Below are positions 28,120-36,651 of a stretch of DNA of 64,000 bases, piece after piece. Location: NCBI RefSeq assembly GCF_056712565.1, contig NZ_CM160072.1; one strand, given 5' to 3'. Numbering within the stretch: position 1 is the stretch's first letter; each line of letters begins with the position of its first letter. The notes under the pieces are model-generated. The model did no database searches. It was given only the letters and a program-made list of their open reading frames with translations, and was not told the origin of the DNA. The position numbers and the translations under genes are program-made.

Positions 28120-28602
28120 CTATCTGGTCAAAGTGTCGTACTGTTTTTCGCAGACTCTTCCGGCTTCGGCTGCCCGGTCAGCATACTCTGCCAGTTGTCT
28201 GTTTCTCTCGAGAGATTTGCTGAGCACGTCGGCAAGCAAAACTCCGGTGTCTGCGGCTGACGACCCAGCGCCGACAATGGCGTTATACTGCCTGAGCTGC
28301 TCACGGATGGCAAAGAGTTGTTGCTGCAACCGGCCAGCGCTAGCGGCAGCATCAAGAGCATCATTGCGCGCCTGGTCGATCCTCTGCTGAGCTTCACGTT
28401 CATTGGTCACTTTCTCCTGTTCGTAGTACTGACGAACTTTGTCTTCTTCGGCTTTGCGGTCTTCTTCCGCCTGAGCATACCCGGCATCGTACTGGCGACT
28501 GCCGTGTATATTCCAGGCAACCACTCCTGATATGACCAGAACAGCAAGCACTGCCACGATAAGCAACTGTTTCCAGTATGCTTTCACGAATGCCTTGATC
28601 AT
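28120..28602 (-). CDS. Rz-like i-spanin
   Basis: N-terminal TM anchor then charged coiled-coil; last gene of lysis cassette. Confidence 0.6.
   Translation of the reverse strand: MIKAFVKAYWKQLLIVAVLAVLVISGVVAWNIHGSRQYDAGYAQAEEDRKAEEDKVRQYYEQEKVTNEREAQQRIDQARNDALDAAASAGRLQQQLFAIREQLRQYNAIVGAGSSAADTGVLLADVLSKSLERNRQLAEYADRAAEAGRVCEKQYDTLTR
28128..28364 (-). CDS. Rz1-like o-spanin lipoprotein, embedded in Rz in the +1 frame
   Basis: MMLLMLPLALAGCS lipobox; fully nested within Rz. Confidence 0.5.
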   Translation of the reverse strand: MMLLMLPLALAGCSNNSLPSVSSSGSITPLSALGRQPQTPEFCLPTCSANLSRETDNWQSMLTGQPKPEESAKNSTTL

Positions 28603-28823
28603 ATACTTACCTTCGGCTGAAATCGGCGAACGTTAATTGGCTCACCATATGGCCATGACCAATTCAGCCAGGTAAATGTTTTCAGCTCGCACATCGCATC
28701 GAAAAATTCACCAGGATCGATGTCGGAATAGCTGCAAACTATTTCCAGACCACGTTCTGTTTCTTGCAAAGCAACTGTATCTGTTTCCCAGCGGGGAATG
28801 AGCAAAGAAAATAGTTTATTCAT
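28599..28823 (-). CDS. Hypothetical 74-aa protein, translationally coupled to endolysin
   Basis: ATG 28823 overlaps endolysin stop; RBS AGAAGG; no TM. Confidence 0.4.
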   Translation of the reverse strand: MNKLFSLLIPRWETDTVALQETERGLEIVCSYSDIDPGEFFDAMCELKTFTWLNWSWPYGEPINVRRFQPKVSI

Positions 28824-29446
28824 AAAAGCACCTTCTTGGCCGAAAGATACCGTACACGCCGGTCGTCGATACCGTTTCTGCCACCATTGATAATCAGAGT
28901 TACACGTGCAATATCGCCGGTATACTTCATGCATCCTTTGCTGGCGAAGAACCACGCCGCGCTACGAGCCGCATATTCGTCCTGCGCCAGCAGTTCAGGG
29001 CTCTCCAGCAGGTCAACCTTCAGACCGTTTCCGCAATCACGATAGTTATTCAAACCGGTAATCTGGATAAGTCCGCGCCCTCGGTAATTCCAGCCATCAC
29101 CAGGGGCATTGTTCCCCATGCGTTTGCTGTATACCAGATTTGCGATCGCGCGCTGGCGCTCAAGTGGCAATGGTGGTTCACCAGCACGGCGCCCCAGTGC
29201 ATTAGCCTGCCCCTGAGTGAGACGCCCAGCCCGAACGAAGTTAGCCAGTCCGCTGACACTGTAGTTGAAATTCTCCTGCAACCTGGTGAAGCCCCCAGAC
29301 TCATGCCCGACTTGAGCAATAAACATTGCCTGATCTTCTGCTTTGCTGATACCAAACTCTTTCATCGCAGAAGTTATATGCGAGAACCAGCGTGCGGCCA
29401 GTGCCTCGCTGATACCAGCAGCTCGCTGGAATTGTTTAATCTCCAT
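28820..29446 (-). CDS. Endolysin, glycoside hydrolase family 19-like
   Basis: [12 protein letters not shown]...[12 protein letters not shown] chitinase-class motifs; start ATG 29446 with RBS GAGGT; track extension to 29611 rejected. Confidence 0.75.
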   Translation of the reverse strand: MEIKQFQRAAGISEALAARWFSHITSAMKEFGISKAEDQAMFIAQVGHESGGFTRLQENFNYSVSGLANFVRAGRLTQGQANALGRRAGEPPLPLERQRAIANLVYSKRMGNNAPGDGWNYRGRGLIQITGLNNYRDCGNGLKVDLLESPELLAQDEYAARSAAWFFASKGCMKYTGDIARVTLIINGGRNGIDDRRVRYLSAKKVLL

Positions 29447-29744
29447 GTTTAGACCTCGATACTTTAAAAATTTGAACGACGTTACCGCGCGTTTTAATAA
29501 CCGCAGCCAGCATGACAGCGTTGATAATGACCTCAGATAAATCCACAGCCATTGGCGTACGTAACCAGATTGCATAGGCGACTCGAACAGGAATACTGGC
29601 CGCAGCAACAATCAGGAAATAAGCAAGCCATCCTCCCCACCTTCGATGTTGAGAGCCGTTACGCCGGAATGTGACAACGCGAATTGCTATGCCAGTGCAA
29701 ATAACTGCATTGGTGATAAGCAAAAAAAACTCATGCGTTACCAT
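29436..29744 (-). CDS. Lysis-cassette membrane protein (holin or antiholin candidate)
   Basis: 102 aa, about 3 TM segments, overlaps endolysin start. Confidence 0.5.
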   Translation of the reverse strand: MVTHEFFLLITNAVICTGIAIRVVTFRRNGSQHRRWGGWLAYFLIVAAASIPVRVAYAIWLRTPMAVDLSEVIINAVMLAAVIKTRGNVVQIFKVSRSKHGD

Positions 29745-30135
29745 CGTCTTTTCTCCCCGGAATTAACTCGCGTGGATTATCGGAACGGTGATAGAGCCAT
29801 ATACCAATACGCACAGCGACAATTGCTGACACGAATGCGCCTGCAGAGAAAACAATCCCTTTTTCAAAAGAGTCCTGCGTGATGGTAGGGATCAGGCTGG
29901 CTATGCCGATAAGAATTGATGCTGCTGGTTTGTAAAAGAGAAGGCCACAAAGAAAGCTGAGCATCGAAAGGAGCACCCGGCGACGGATGGGGTACTCTAC
30001 TGCAGAGGTAACAAAAATTACCGCCCCAGCCAAAGCCCCTAAAGCAACCTCCGGAGGGACACCTGCAATAACCGCAGCAAGAGAACTAAAACTAAGCAAC
30101 TGATTTAATTGCTCACTTGTTACTTGAGCAGACAT
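29731..30135 (-). CDS. Holin-like membrane protein
   Basis: 134 aa, about 4 TM segments, charged C-terminus, first gene of lysis cassette. Confidence 0.5.
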   Translation of the reverse strand: MSAQVTSEQLNQLLSFSSLAAVIAGVPPEVALGALAGAVIFVTSAVEYPIRRRVLLSMLSFLCGLLFYKPAASILIGIASLIPTITQDSFEKGIVFSAGAFVSAIVAVRIGIWLYHRSDNPRELIPGRKDDGNA

Positions 30136-30416
30136 ACTTTCTCCTGTTTACTATCTATAAGCCAGTCAATTATTGATGACTAACTTCGCATAGTAAACCA
30201 TATATGAATCATTATTGTTCCATATCATATATCTCAATAAAAGTACTAATGATTTTACAGAACGAGCCAGCAGAGTGAGGGCAGTTGTACAGGAACCATA
30301 GACTTAATTTTGTATTTAATAATGCTATGGTGTAATAAACCTGAACATGTATTTAAAATACGTACTGATTCATGATAGAATTCAAAGATAACTTTTCACA
30401 AACTCCGTTTTTGATA

Positions 30417-30445
30417 CCCGCAAAATATTGCGGGCTTTTTTTTAA
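30417..30445 (+). terminator. Plus-strand rho-independent terminator abutting tailspike stop
   Basis: CCCGCAAAATATTGCGGG followed by CTTTTTTTTT. Confidence 0.4.
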
Positions 30446-33400
30446 CGTTCTTCCAGAGACTGAATCCGCTCTTTTATCTTATCCATTTCTCTGCGCTGCC
30501 ATGCTGCCTCGATATAGAATAAGAGATCAGGTCTGACCCCCCATCTAGATCCTGCTGGCGTTATTTCAACGCGCTCAATGATGTCTTCTATTACCATCAC
30601 TGGATTATCATCCTCATCAACAATGATGCTCCCGTCATTATCAGTCAGCGGCATTTCCCTTTGGCCAGTAATGACGTCATCATATACTGCGGGATAATCG
30701 TCATAGCAAAGAAAGGCATAGCGGCATGTTGTGCTTTCTTCTTCCATGAGTCCGTGAGAAATAAGAACATCACGAAGTTGCTGCGCGATTACACCATGAT
30801 GTATCCTCGCCCCTTCTTCCCCCTTTATAGCGACAGCGTTCAGCCATTTATAAGCGATATACCTGACGTCACCCCAGGCATCCAGCAATGCTTCGTCAGG
30901 AGAGACCGGCTCTGTCTTTAATGTTCCGTCACTGGTAACCACAGGATTGGAGCCAAGATAAACTGTCGAGAACCTGTTTCCCGGACCACCAAGAGCATTT
31001 ACATTATCAAGATAAGGTTTAACATCTCCGTTCTCAAAAAGATGTTCGAGTGCGTTATATACCGCGCGACGTGGAGTACTGCTTCCGGAACCATGCAACG
31101 TTATCATTGCACCATCTGCTGAAGACGTTGTTTCACCTCCGCTAACGATTAATCTCTGAGCGGTAACATCATCAGACGGTACTTTCTTCGCAATAATGGC
31201 GTAATTACCCTCAAGTTTGACTTCCGCGCGAACTTGTCCTGATGTACCTGCATGGACAGTCAGTGACTGGACGGCAACATCATCTGTGAAATCAACGGGT
31301 ACAGGAACCGTCCTCACGCCTGACGTCGACATAAAAGTAGGAAGCGTTCTGTTAGGAGTGGCTCCGTAGACAAAATCCCTTGAAACAAATTCTTCCTGTT
31401 TAATTTTCACCCTGAAACAATACAAATCAGCCGGGTGACCATCGTGAACATAAGGATATTTTCTGTTGTTATCCCCTATGCTCCATGGGTTTAGAAAGTC
31501 TTCCCCACCGAAAATGTAGTACAGCCAGTTGTCTTTGATACAAACTGAACCAACACCAACCGCAGAGTTAACTATTCCGCCCTGATAAATCTGATCAGTA
31601 ACATTAACCCACTCTACATTATCCAGACTCCACTCATTGACGTTAACTCTGGTCATAAATGTTCTTGGATAATTTCCTGCATAACGGTTATCAGGTTCTC
31701 CTCCTTCCCACTCACCAAATGCGCGCTCACTGCCAAAAATAATCAGCTCATCGCCAACTTTGGCAAAAGGAAGGTTTGAGTGATGAACATTATTTGGGAA
31801 GCGAAGAGAATTCCATGATGTACCTAAATCAGAGCTTCTGTGCAATGAACTACCGGGTTGAGTACTTAATGTCCCCCTGGTCGTCAGATACAGAATGCCA
31901 TCATAATATTTTACACATGGCTCAGATGCATTCGCCTCATATTCTGCAGGTATGCGTCTGCGAACAAAGCTACCAGGAGAACCGAAAGCATCAGAGAAAT
32001 AGAGTATCCCAAGCTCGCGTGGACCAATATCACCATTATGGTAGCCAACAGCAAAACTGTTATCGCTAATCGTCGCAAAACTGTGAATCTCAGTAACAGG
32101 AGTGCTTCCGTCAACAAAAGAAGGAATAGTTCCAAGACTGGTTTTTCTCCATGGTGACGAGTGAAATGATGTACCAAAACTCCAGTATCTACCCTCGTTA
32201 TTCTGATCCACATCCTGAGTATTTTGCGTCGTAACTGTAAAAGTATTTTTATCAATAACAGTAGTCACCGTCATATTCCCGGTAACACCTGTAACACCAG
32301 AGTTTGAGAAGTTGACAAAATCACCAGCAAATAATCCGTGATCAGTAATGCGAATATAAGCGACTTGCTGATTTGCTGCTTTCGTTATACCACCATAAAC
32401 GCGAAGGCTGCGACTCATTGGGCGATCCCACAACTCTGCAACCTGCAGTTTATTTCCTCTCACGGTCCGCGTCTCAATTACAGCAAAAAGGCGATTTCTG
32501 ACAACCCCCATACTCATGCAGTGATAGTTAACTGTGGGATAGTTTTCATGTAAATCTGTAAGCCATTCCGGCGTTGTCCAGGTCTTCCCGTCATCTCCTG
32601 AGCGAACCCATGCAACATGGAGGTTATTTACACCATGGCGGTCTCCAGCCATAAAAGGCGCATAGATGACATTGTCATATACAAACGTTTTATCCTGCGT
32701 CCAGGCGTTGTACCACGGTGTATCTGTAATTTTAAATAACTCTCCCTGGATAAAATCTTCAGAAGCATAAAAAAGAGGCTGGCCCGGTATTCTCTCAAAT
32801 AAAAAACGAGCATTTTTAAATCGACTGACATCCGGAAGAGTTGATACTTTAAAAGTAAGCCCTAATCCGTCAATTTTATAACCTGGAGATGAGGCTTCAA
32901 GGCACGCGCTTATTGCAGTGGAATCGTCATTTATACCATCACCAACAGCTCCAAAATCTTTGGGGCTAATAGCATCACGCATTTTATCCTGGAACGTTCG
33001 GTACACAGCCCCAGAACCATACTGAATAAACCAACCAAAACCACCAACAACCCCGGCGATTGCAGCATCGACATAATTACGCATTGAGCGATTATTTACA
33101 GCGTCCTGCTCAAATGATGGATCTGCAAGGTTAGAAATTTTGTTTTGCTTTGCATCGTAATATTTTGCAAGCAAAGATGGTTTCATCAATGCACGTCTGA
33201 ACCACCCAAAACATTGCTGGATCAGCATCGTCAGGTAGTCAAAGGCATCTTCATGCACTTCGGGGAAAAATTTTCCCTGATTGCGAAGGTCTGTCTCCTG
33301 CACTACATCAAGCACACGATCTATCGTAATTCGCCATCCAGTAGCAAGCGGAGACGGAAGAACCACAGAACCGCCACTATAAGTGCCCGCCCCAGTTACC

Positions 33401-33561
33401 GTATAACCGGTATCCAGGACCAATTCTGTTACGTTCCCGTTCAGGTCAGACACCTGAACAACCAGGTCTGATTTTCTGAAAATTCGAAAAGTATACGGAA
33501 ACGATGTCGTAACGCCGTTACCGGTGTATTCGTTGTGGTCAACTTCGGTTGAGACCGTCAT
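30442..33561 (-). CDS. Tailspike protein with Asp-box (BNR) beta-propeller-type central domain
   Basis: 1039 aa; conserved phage tail-fibre N-terminal domain; two SxDxGxTW motifs (SGDDGKTW, SSDLGTSW); RBS GGAG. Confidence 0.8.
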   Translation of the reverse strand: MTVSTEVDHNEYTGNGVTTSFPYTFRIFRKSDLVVQVSDLNGNVTELVLDTGYTVTGAGTYSGGSVVLPSPLATGWRITIDRVLDVVQETDLRNQGKFFPEVHEDAFDYLTMLIQQCFGWFRRALMKPSLLAKYYDAKQNKISNLADPSFEQDAVNNRSMRNYVDAAIAGVVGGFGWFIQYGSGAVYRTFQDKMRDAISPKDFGAVGDGINDDSTAISACLEASSPGYKIDGLGLTFKVSTLPDVSRFKNARFLFERIPGQPLFYASEDFIQGELFKITDTPWYNAWTQDKTFVYDNVIYAPFMAGDRHGVNNLHVAWVRSGDDGKTWTTPEWLTDLHENYPTVNYHCMSMGVVRNRLFAVIETRTVRGNKLQVAELWDRPMSRSLRVYGGITKAANQQVAYIRITDHGLFAGDFVNFSNSGVTGVTGNMTVTTVIDKNTFTVTTQNTQDVDQNNEGRYWSFGTSFHSSPWRKTSLGTIPSFVDGSTPVTEIHSFATISDNSFAVGYHNGDIGPRELGILYFSDAFGSPGSFVRRRIPAEYEANASEPCVKYYDGILYLTTRGTLSTQPGSSLHRSSDLGTSWNSLRFPNNVHHSNLPFAKVGDELIIFGSERAFGEWEGGEPDNRYAGNYPRTFMTRVNVNEWSLDNVEWVNVTDQIYQGGIVNSAVGVGSVCIKDNWLYYIFGGEDFLNPWSIGDNNRKYPYVHDGHPADLYCFRVKIKQEEFVSRDFVYGATPNRTLPTFMSTSGVRTVPVPVDFTDDVAVQSLTVHAGTSGQVRAEVKLEGNYAIIAKKVPSDDVTAQRLIVSGGETTSSADGAMITLHGSGSSTPRRAVYNALEHLFENGDVKPYLDNVNALGGPGNRFSTVYLGSNPVVTSDGTLKTEPVSPDEALLDAWGDVRYIAYKWLNAVAIKGEEGARIHHGVIAQQLRDVLISHGLMEEESTTCRYAFLCYDDYPAVYDDVITGQREMPLTDNDGSIIVDEDDNPVMVIEDIIERVEITPAGSRWGVRPDLLFYIEAAWQRREMDKIKERIQSLEER

Positions 33562-33665
33562 GTTAAATCTCCAGATAGTCGCAGCACCCGTTGCGCCGCA
33601 TATCTGGTTATTCTATTACCTGAAAAACCACATATGGATAAAAGGACTATAAATACCAATAGATA

Positions 33666-33680
33666 TTACCTTTCGGGTAA
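33666..33680. promoter_or_regulatory. Operator-like palindrome TTACC-N5-GGTAA
   Basis: TTACCTTTCGGGTAA; member of a family of 10 perfect sites in the prophage. Confidence 0.45.
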
Positions 33681-33717
33681 TTTGCAAAACGTGCTGGATA
33701 GCAAACAAATTATTTGT

Positions 33718-33737
33718 TACTGTATAAACATACAGTT
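33718..33737. promoter_or_regulatory. LexA (SOS) box
   Basis: TACTGTATAAACATACAGTT = CTGT-N8-ACAG with TA-rich spacer, 20 bp upstream of ATG 33757. Confidence 0.6.
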
Positions 33738-33756
33738 ATTGCATGGAGAAGATAAG

Positions 33757-34014
33757 ATGCAGCAGTATCACTATCCACTGGAAGACGGATTTACCGAAAG
33801 GATTCACACGCCGGGAGGCGTCAGATCACTGGTGGAGGGATCGCTCTTGATGAAATTACTCCGGGATCTCGATAAGGATGGATTTAATGTCGATGGCCCA
33901 CTTGCCGAACTGACTGCACTGATTAACTACGTCACCAGCTCACAGATGTCTATGCGGGATCTGCAAACACATCTCGACTATTGTGCCGAACAATTACGAA
34001 AACAAACCAGATAA
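33757..34014 (+). CDS. Small antirepressor-like protein (85 aa), paralog of the Ant C-terminal domain
   Basis: MQQYHYPLEDGF...; aligns with C-terminus of the BRO-N protein; RBS GGAGAAG; track start 33634 is an extension. Confidence 0.55.
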   Translation: MQQYHYPLEDGFTERIHTPGGVRSLVEGSLLMKLLRDLDKDGFNVDGPLAELTALINYVTSSQMSMRDLQTHLDYCAEQLRKQTR

Positions 34015-34017
34015 GGT

Positions 34018-34046
34018 TTGCAATTACCAAATGGAGTGCTTATATT
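34018..34046 (+). promoter_or_regulatory. Sigma70-like promoter for antirepressor gene
   Basis: TTGCAA, 17-bp spacer, TATATT; abuts operator 34046-34060. Confidence 0.45.
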
Positions 34047-34060
34047 TACCTTTGCGGTAA
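34046..34060. promoter_or_regulatory. Operator-like palindrome TTACC-N5-GGTAA
   Basis: TTACCTTTGCGGTAA overlapping -10/+1 of the antirepressor promoter. Confidence 0.45.
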
Positions 34061-34326
34061 ATTTACATCGCACTCCTCTTGTGCCATAGTAATCGGGCAC
34101 TGGCAAAATCCAGTGCCGGGATTGGCGTCCCGAGTTACTACAGAGGCACATATGCCGCATAAGCGGTTTTTTTATGTGTAAAGCGCACCTATTCTATGGT
34201 GGGCTGTGTGGGGGCACCGAAAGGTGCGCCGGGTCCTTTGTAGCCGGTTACGCCAACCCTGCACAGTTCACCACCAACCGATTGGCGTCGGTAGTGGTGA
34301 TTAACCTAACTACAAAGGTGATCGCC

Positions 34327-35019
34327 ATGAATACCAAACCTTCCATCTTTTCCTTTGAGTCATCCTGCCAGATCCGTATGTTCATGATTGACGGAGAACC
34401 TTGGTTTGTCACCAAAGATGTGTGCAATGCTTTGAATATTGATGTTACACAAGCGAGAAAACTTGATAAAAAAGGCTGGAACAAAAAGGGGCTGTATTCA
34501 ATACAGACCCCTGGTGGAATACAAGAACTATCCATCGTTTCAGAATCAGGTCTCTACATCCTTATTCTGCGTTGCAAAGAGGCAATGACTGAGGGAACGA
34601 GAGCATTCAGATTTCTTGAATGGGTTACAGGCGAAGTACTTCCTCAGATCCGCCGCACCGGAAGCTACATTAAAAACTCGCTCCCGCAGGAAGAACGCAT
34701 AAAGATGGTTGCCGACCAGGTAGCCAACGCCACGGCGTCAGCAGTAATGCAGGCGATGAAGATAGAGAACAAAACCTACAGCGCCCCACTGAAGCCCGGC
34801 TACCGCAGCCTGATTCATTCGCCGTCTGGTGTTCTCGGCCTGACGGAGAACTCACTGCTGATGAATCTGCTGAACCAGTTACAGGAAGACGGGCACGACG
34901 TATCGGGCGCGGCGGCGGAGCTGACCACCATGTTCTGCTACATCGTCGGTGTGAGCAAGTGCCTGCGTGATATCCAGACGCACGCGGAGTACATCAACGA
35001 CAAGGCTGGGTTCTTCTGA
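34327..35019 (+). CDS. Antirepressor, BRO-N N-terminal domain plus Ant-type C-terminal domain
   Basis: GEPWFVTKDVCNALNI...GLYILILRCKEA...EWVTGEVLPQIRRTG BRO-N signature; ATG 34327 with RBS AAGGTG. Confidence 0.75.
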   Translation: MNTKPSIFSFESSCQIRMFMIDGEPWFVTKDVCNALNIDVTQARKLDKKGWNKKGLYSIQTPGGIQELSIVSESGLYILILRCKEAMTEGTRAFRFLEWVTGEVLPQIRRTGSYIKNSLPQEERIKMVADQVANATASAVMQAMKIENKTYSAPLKPGYRSLIHSPSGVLGLTENSLLMNLLNQLQEDGHDVSGAAAELTTMFCYIVGVSKCLRDIQTHAEYINDKAGFF

Positions 35020-35027
35020 CGGGCGGC

Positions 35028-35046
35028 GGCACATGGATGTGCCTTT
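35028..35046 (+). terminator. Candidate terminator after antirepressor gene
   Basis: GGCACAT-gg-ATGTGCC hairpin then TTT. Confidence 0.35.
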
Positions 35047-35085
35047 AAAATAATCATTGGCGATGTGATGTAGATTCGCGTAATA

Positions 35086-35100
35086 TTACCTTACGGGTAA
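35086..35100. promoter_or_regulatory. Operator-like palindrome TTACC-N5-GGTAA
   Basis: TTACCTTACGGGTAA, 60 bp upstream of ATG 35160. Confidence 0.45.
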
Positions 35101-35159
35101 GAAAGCGTTTTTAATCTTCCCTTCAAAACGCGTCCTGTAGCCAAACATGGGAGGACGAA

Positions 35160-35792
35160 ATGAAAACAAATACAACAAGAAAAGCGATGCCATACATTAT
35201 CCCAGAAGCAGATTTCGACAGAAAACTGAACATGTCTGAGAAGAACACTAGTCACACCGAAAGCTACTTAGCGAAAGGTGTGGTTGATTTCGTTCTTCCG
35301 GGATTCACAACACCTTATGGTTATCGCCTTGTAAAATCTTGTAATGGCGATCATTACAGAATGATTACTACCAGCGATACTCCAGAAACGGTGTATGCGG
35401 TTAAGTTAATCTTTCGGGAAGATATCGTCGAAGCTAAAAGAACATGTACGCAGATCATGGTATGGCGTACGCCTAATGTTATTCATGACCGTGCTGTTCA
35501 TGGTTTGCCTCAGATTTTTTTTCAGTTCTTCCTAGAGCAATATGCGATCGTTGTATCTGATGAGCAACAAACAATCGATGGGAGAAGATTCTGGGAAAGA
35601 ATGATTTCTTGGGCTATAAACACCCCGGGATATAATGTATACGTTTCAGATGGCTCTGAAGAAGATAGACCTCTTAGCTTCATGACATCATGGGATGATT
35701 TCTATAGCCAGTGGGCTGATTTCTGTTGGGGCAGTGATAAAGATGTGCATACCCACAGACTACTGGTTATAAGCAAAGATAAACTGCATTAA
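35160..35792 (+). CDS. Hypothetical cytoplasmic protein (210 aa), moron
   Basis: Own operator, RBS GGGAGGA and terminator; Trp-rich C-terminus; no family recognised. Confidence 0.55.
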   Translation: MKTNTTRKAMPYIIPEADFDRKLNMSEKNTSHTESYLAKGVVDFVLPGFTTPYGYRLVKSCNGDHYRMITTSDTPETVYAVKLIFREDIVEAKRTCTQIMVWRTPNVIHDRAVHGLPQIFFQFFLEQYAIVVSDEQQTIDGRRFWERMISWAINTPGYNVYVSDGSEEDRPLSFMTSWDDFYSQWADFCWGSDKDVHTHRLLVISKDKLH

Positions 35793-35796
35793 TAGA

Positions 35797-35818
35797 AGCC
35801 CGCAGCGCGGGCTTTTTT
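35797..35818 (+). terminator. Rho-independent terminator
   Basis: GCCCGC-agc-GCGGGC then TTTTTT. Confidence 0.55.
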
Positions 35819-35890
35819 GTGGACGAAACAAAAGTCAGTGCTACACTCATTGACGCCACATTGAGGTGGCTTATAGATGGAAATTTCACA

Positions 35891-36052
35891 ATGAAAAAAA
35901 CATTTGCTGCACTGTTCGTTTTGTTGTCTCTGGTAGCTTCAACTCAGGCCTTTGCCGGTCGTTGTCAGCACGACAGCGATACTGCTGCTGACGGCTCCCG
36001 CTGCGGTGGGCGTTCTGCGGATTCCCGCCCGGGCGGCGGTGGCATTCGTTAA
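35891..36052 (+). CDS. Candidate small secreted peptide (53 aa)
   Basis: MKKTFAALFVLLSLVASTQAFA signal peptide, then 2-Cys Gly/Arg-rich 31-aa tail; weak RBS. Confidence 0.3.
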   Translation: MKKTFAALFVLLSLVASTQAFAGRCQHDSDTAADGSRCGGRSADSRPGGGGIR

Positions 36053-36058
36053 AAACAA

Positions 36059-36074
36059 GGCCGCGAAAGCGGCC
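36059..36074 (-). terminator. Terminator ending the minus-strand virion operon
   Basis: GGCCGCGAAAGCGGCC hairpin followed on minus strand by TTGTTTTTAA. Confidence 0.5.
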
Positions 36075-36075
36075 T

Positions 36076-36087
36076 GTGACATGTCAC
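36076..36087. repeat. Perfect 12-bp palindrome GTGACATGTCAC (copy 1 of 3)
   Basis: Exact copies at 36076, 53468, 55919. Confidence 0.5.
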
Positions 36088-36088
36088 G

Positions 36089-36649
36089 CTACATTGATAT
36101 ATGATTCATAAAGTAGCTTAAAGATTTACTTCCCAGAAAAGAAATTTCTTTTCCTGGATATGTCGCAATAATTGAGCATGACTTATCCCCGTTAGAGGTA
36201 ACAAATCCTGAATAACCTACTTGTTCTTTACCATTTTGTTGCTTGGCTAAAAAGTAGAGGTAGCTTATCTTTTTGCCCTCTGGGTAAAACTCTGCCAAAC
36301 CAGTATCGGTGATTGAATATTTTATTCTCCCGCCTTGAGTAACGTTTTCCATCTCAAGTTTAGCTATGTCTTTTCTGTTGTATTCAGCATTGATTTTCCT
36401 TTCGAAATCAATGTTGTTTTCAAATGAGTAGGAAGCAACAGTCTGAATAGATGGGAACACGTTTATCTGGATGCCCCCACAGTCGGCACAGGTATAAAGG
36501 TATGAATCAGATGGAATCCCCATAAAAGAAAACTGAGTTACCTTAAATTTATCGCTATCTCCAAAGTATTGAAGTTCGCATTTAACATTTTGCCCTGCAA
36601 AAGAAAATGCAGACATCAATATTGAAACAAAAAATATAATTGCCTTCAT
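36089..36649 (-). CDS. Secreted Cys-containing protein (186 aa), AT-rich moron at end of virion operon
   Basis: Signal peptide MKAIIFFVSILMSAFSFA; ATG 2 nt after stop of upstream gene. Confidence 0.55.
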   Translation of the reverse strand: MKAIIFFVSILMSAFSFAGQNVKCELQYFGDSDKFKVTQFSFMGIPSDSYLYTCADCGGIQINVFPSIQTVASYSFENNIDFERKINAEYNRKDIAKLEMENVTQGGRIKYSITDTGLAEFYPEGKKISYLYFLAKQQNGKEQVGYSGFVTSNGDKSCSIIATYPGKEISFLGSKSLSYFMNHISM

Positions 36650-36651
36650 TA

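Noticed and set aside
36076-36087. GTGACATGTCAC as a CRP or FNR site
   Set aside because: Half-site spacing is 4 bp (TGTGA-CATG-TCACA-like), not the N6 of CRP or the TTGAT-N4-ATCAA of FNR.
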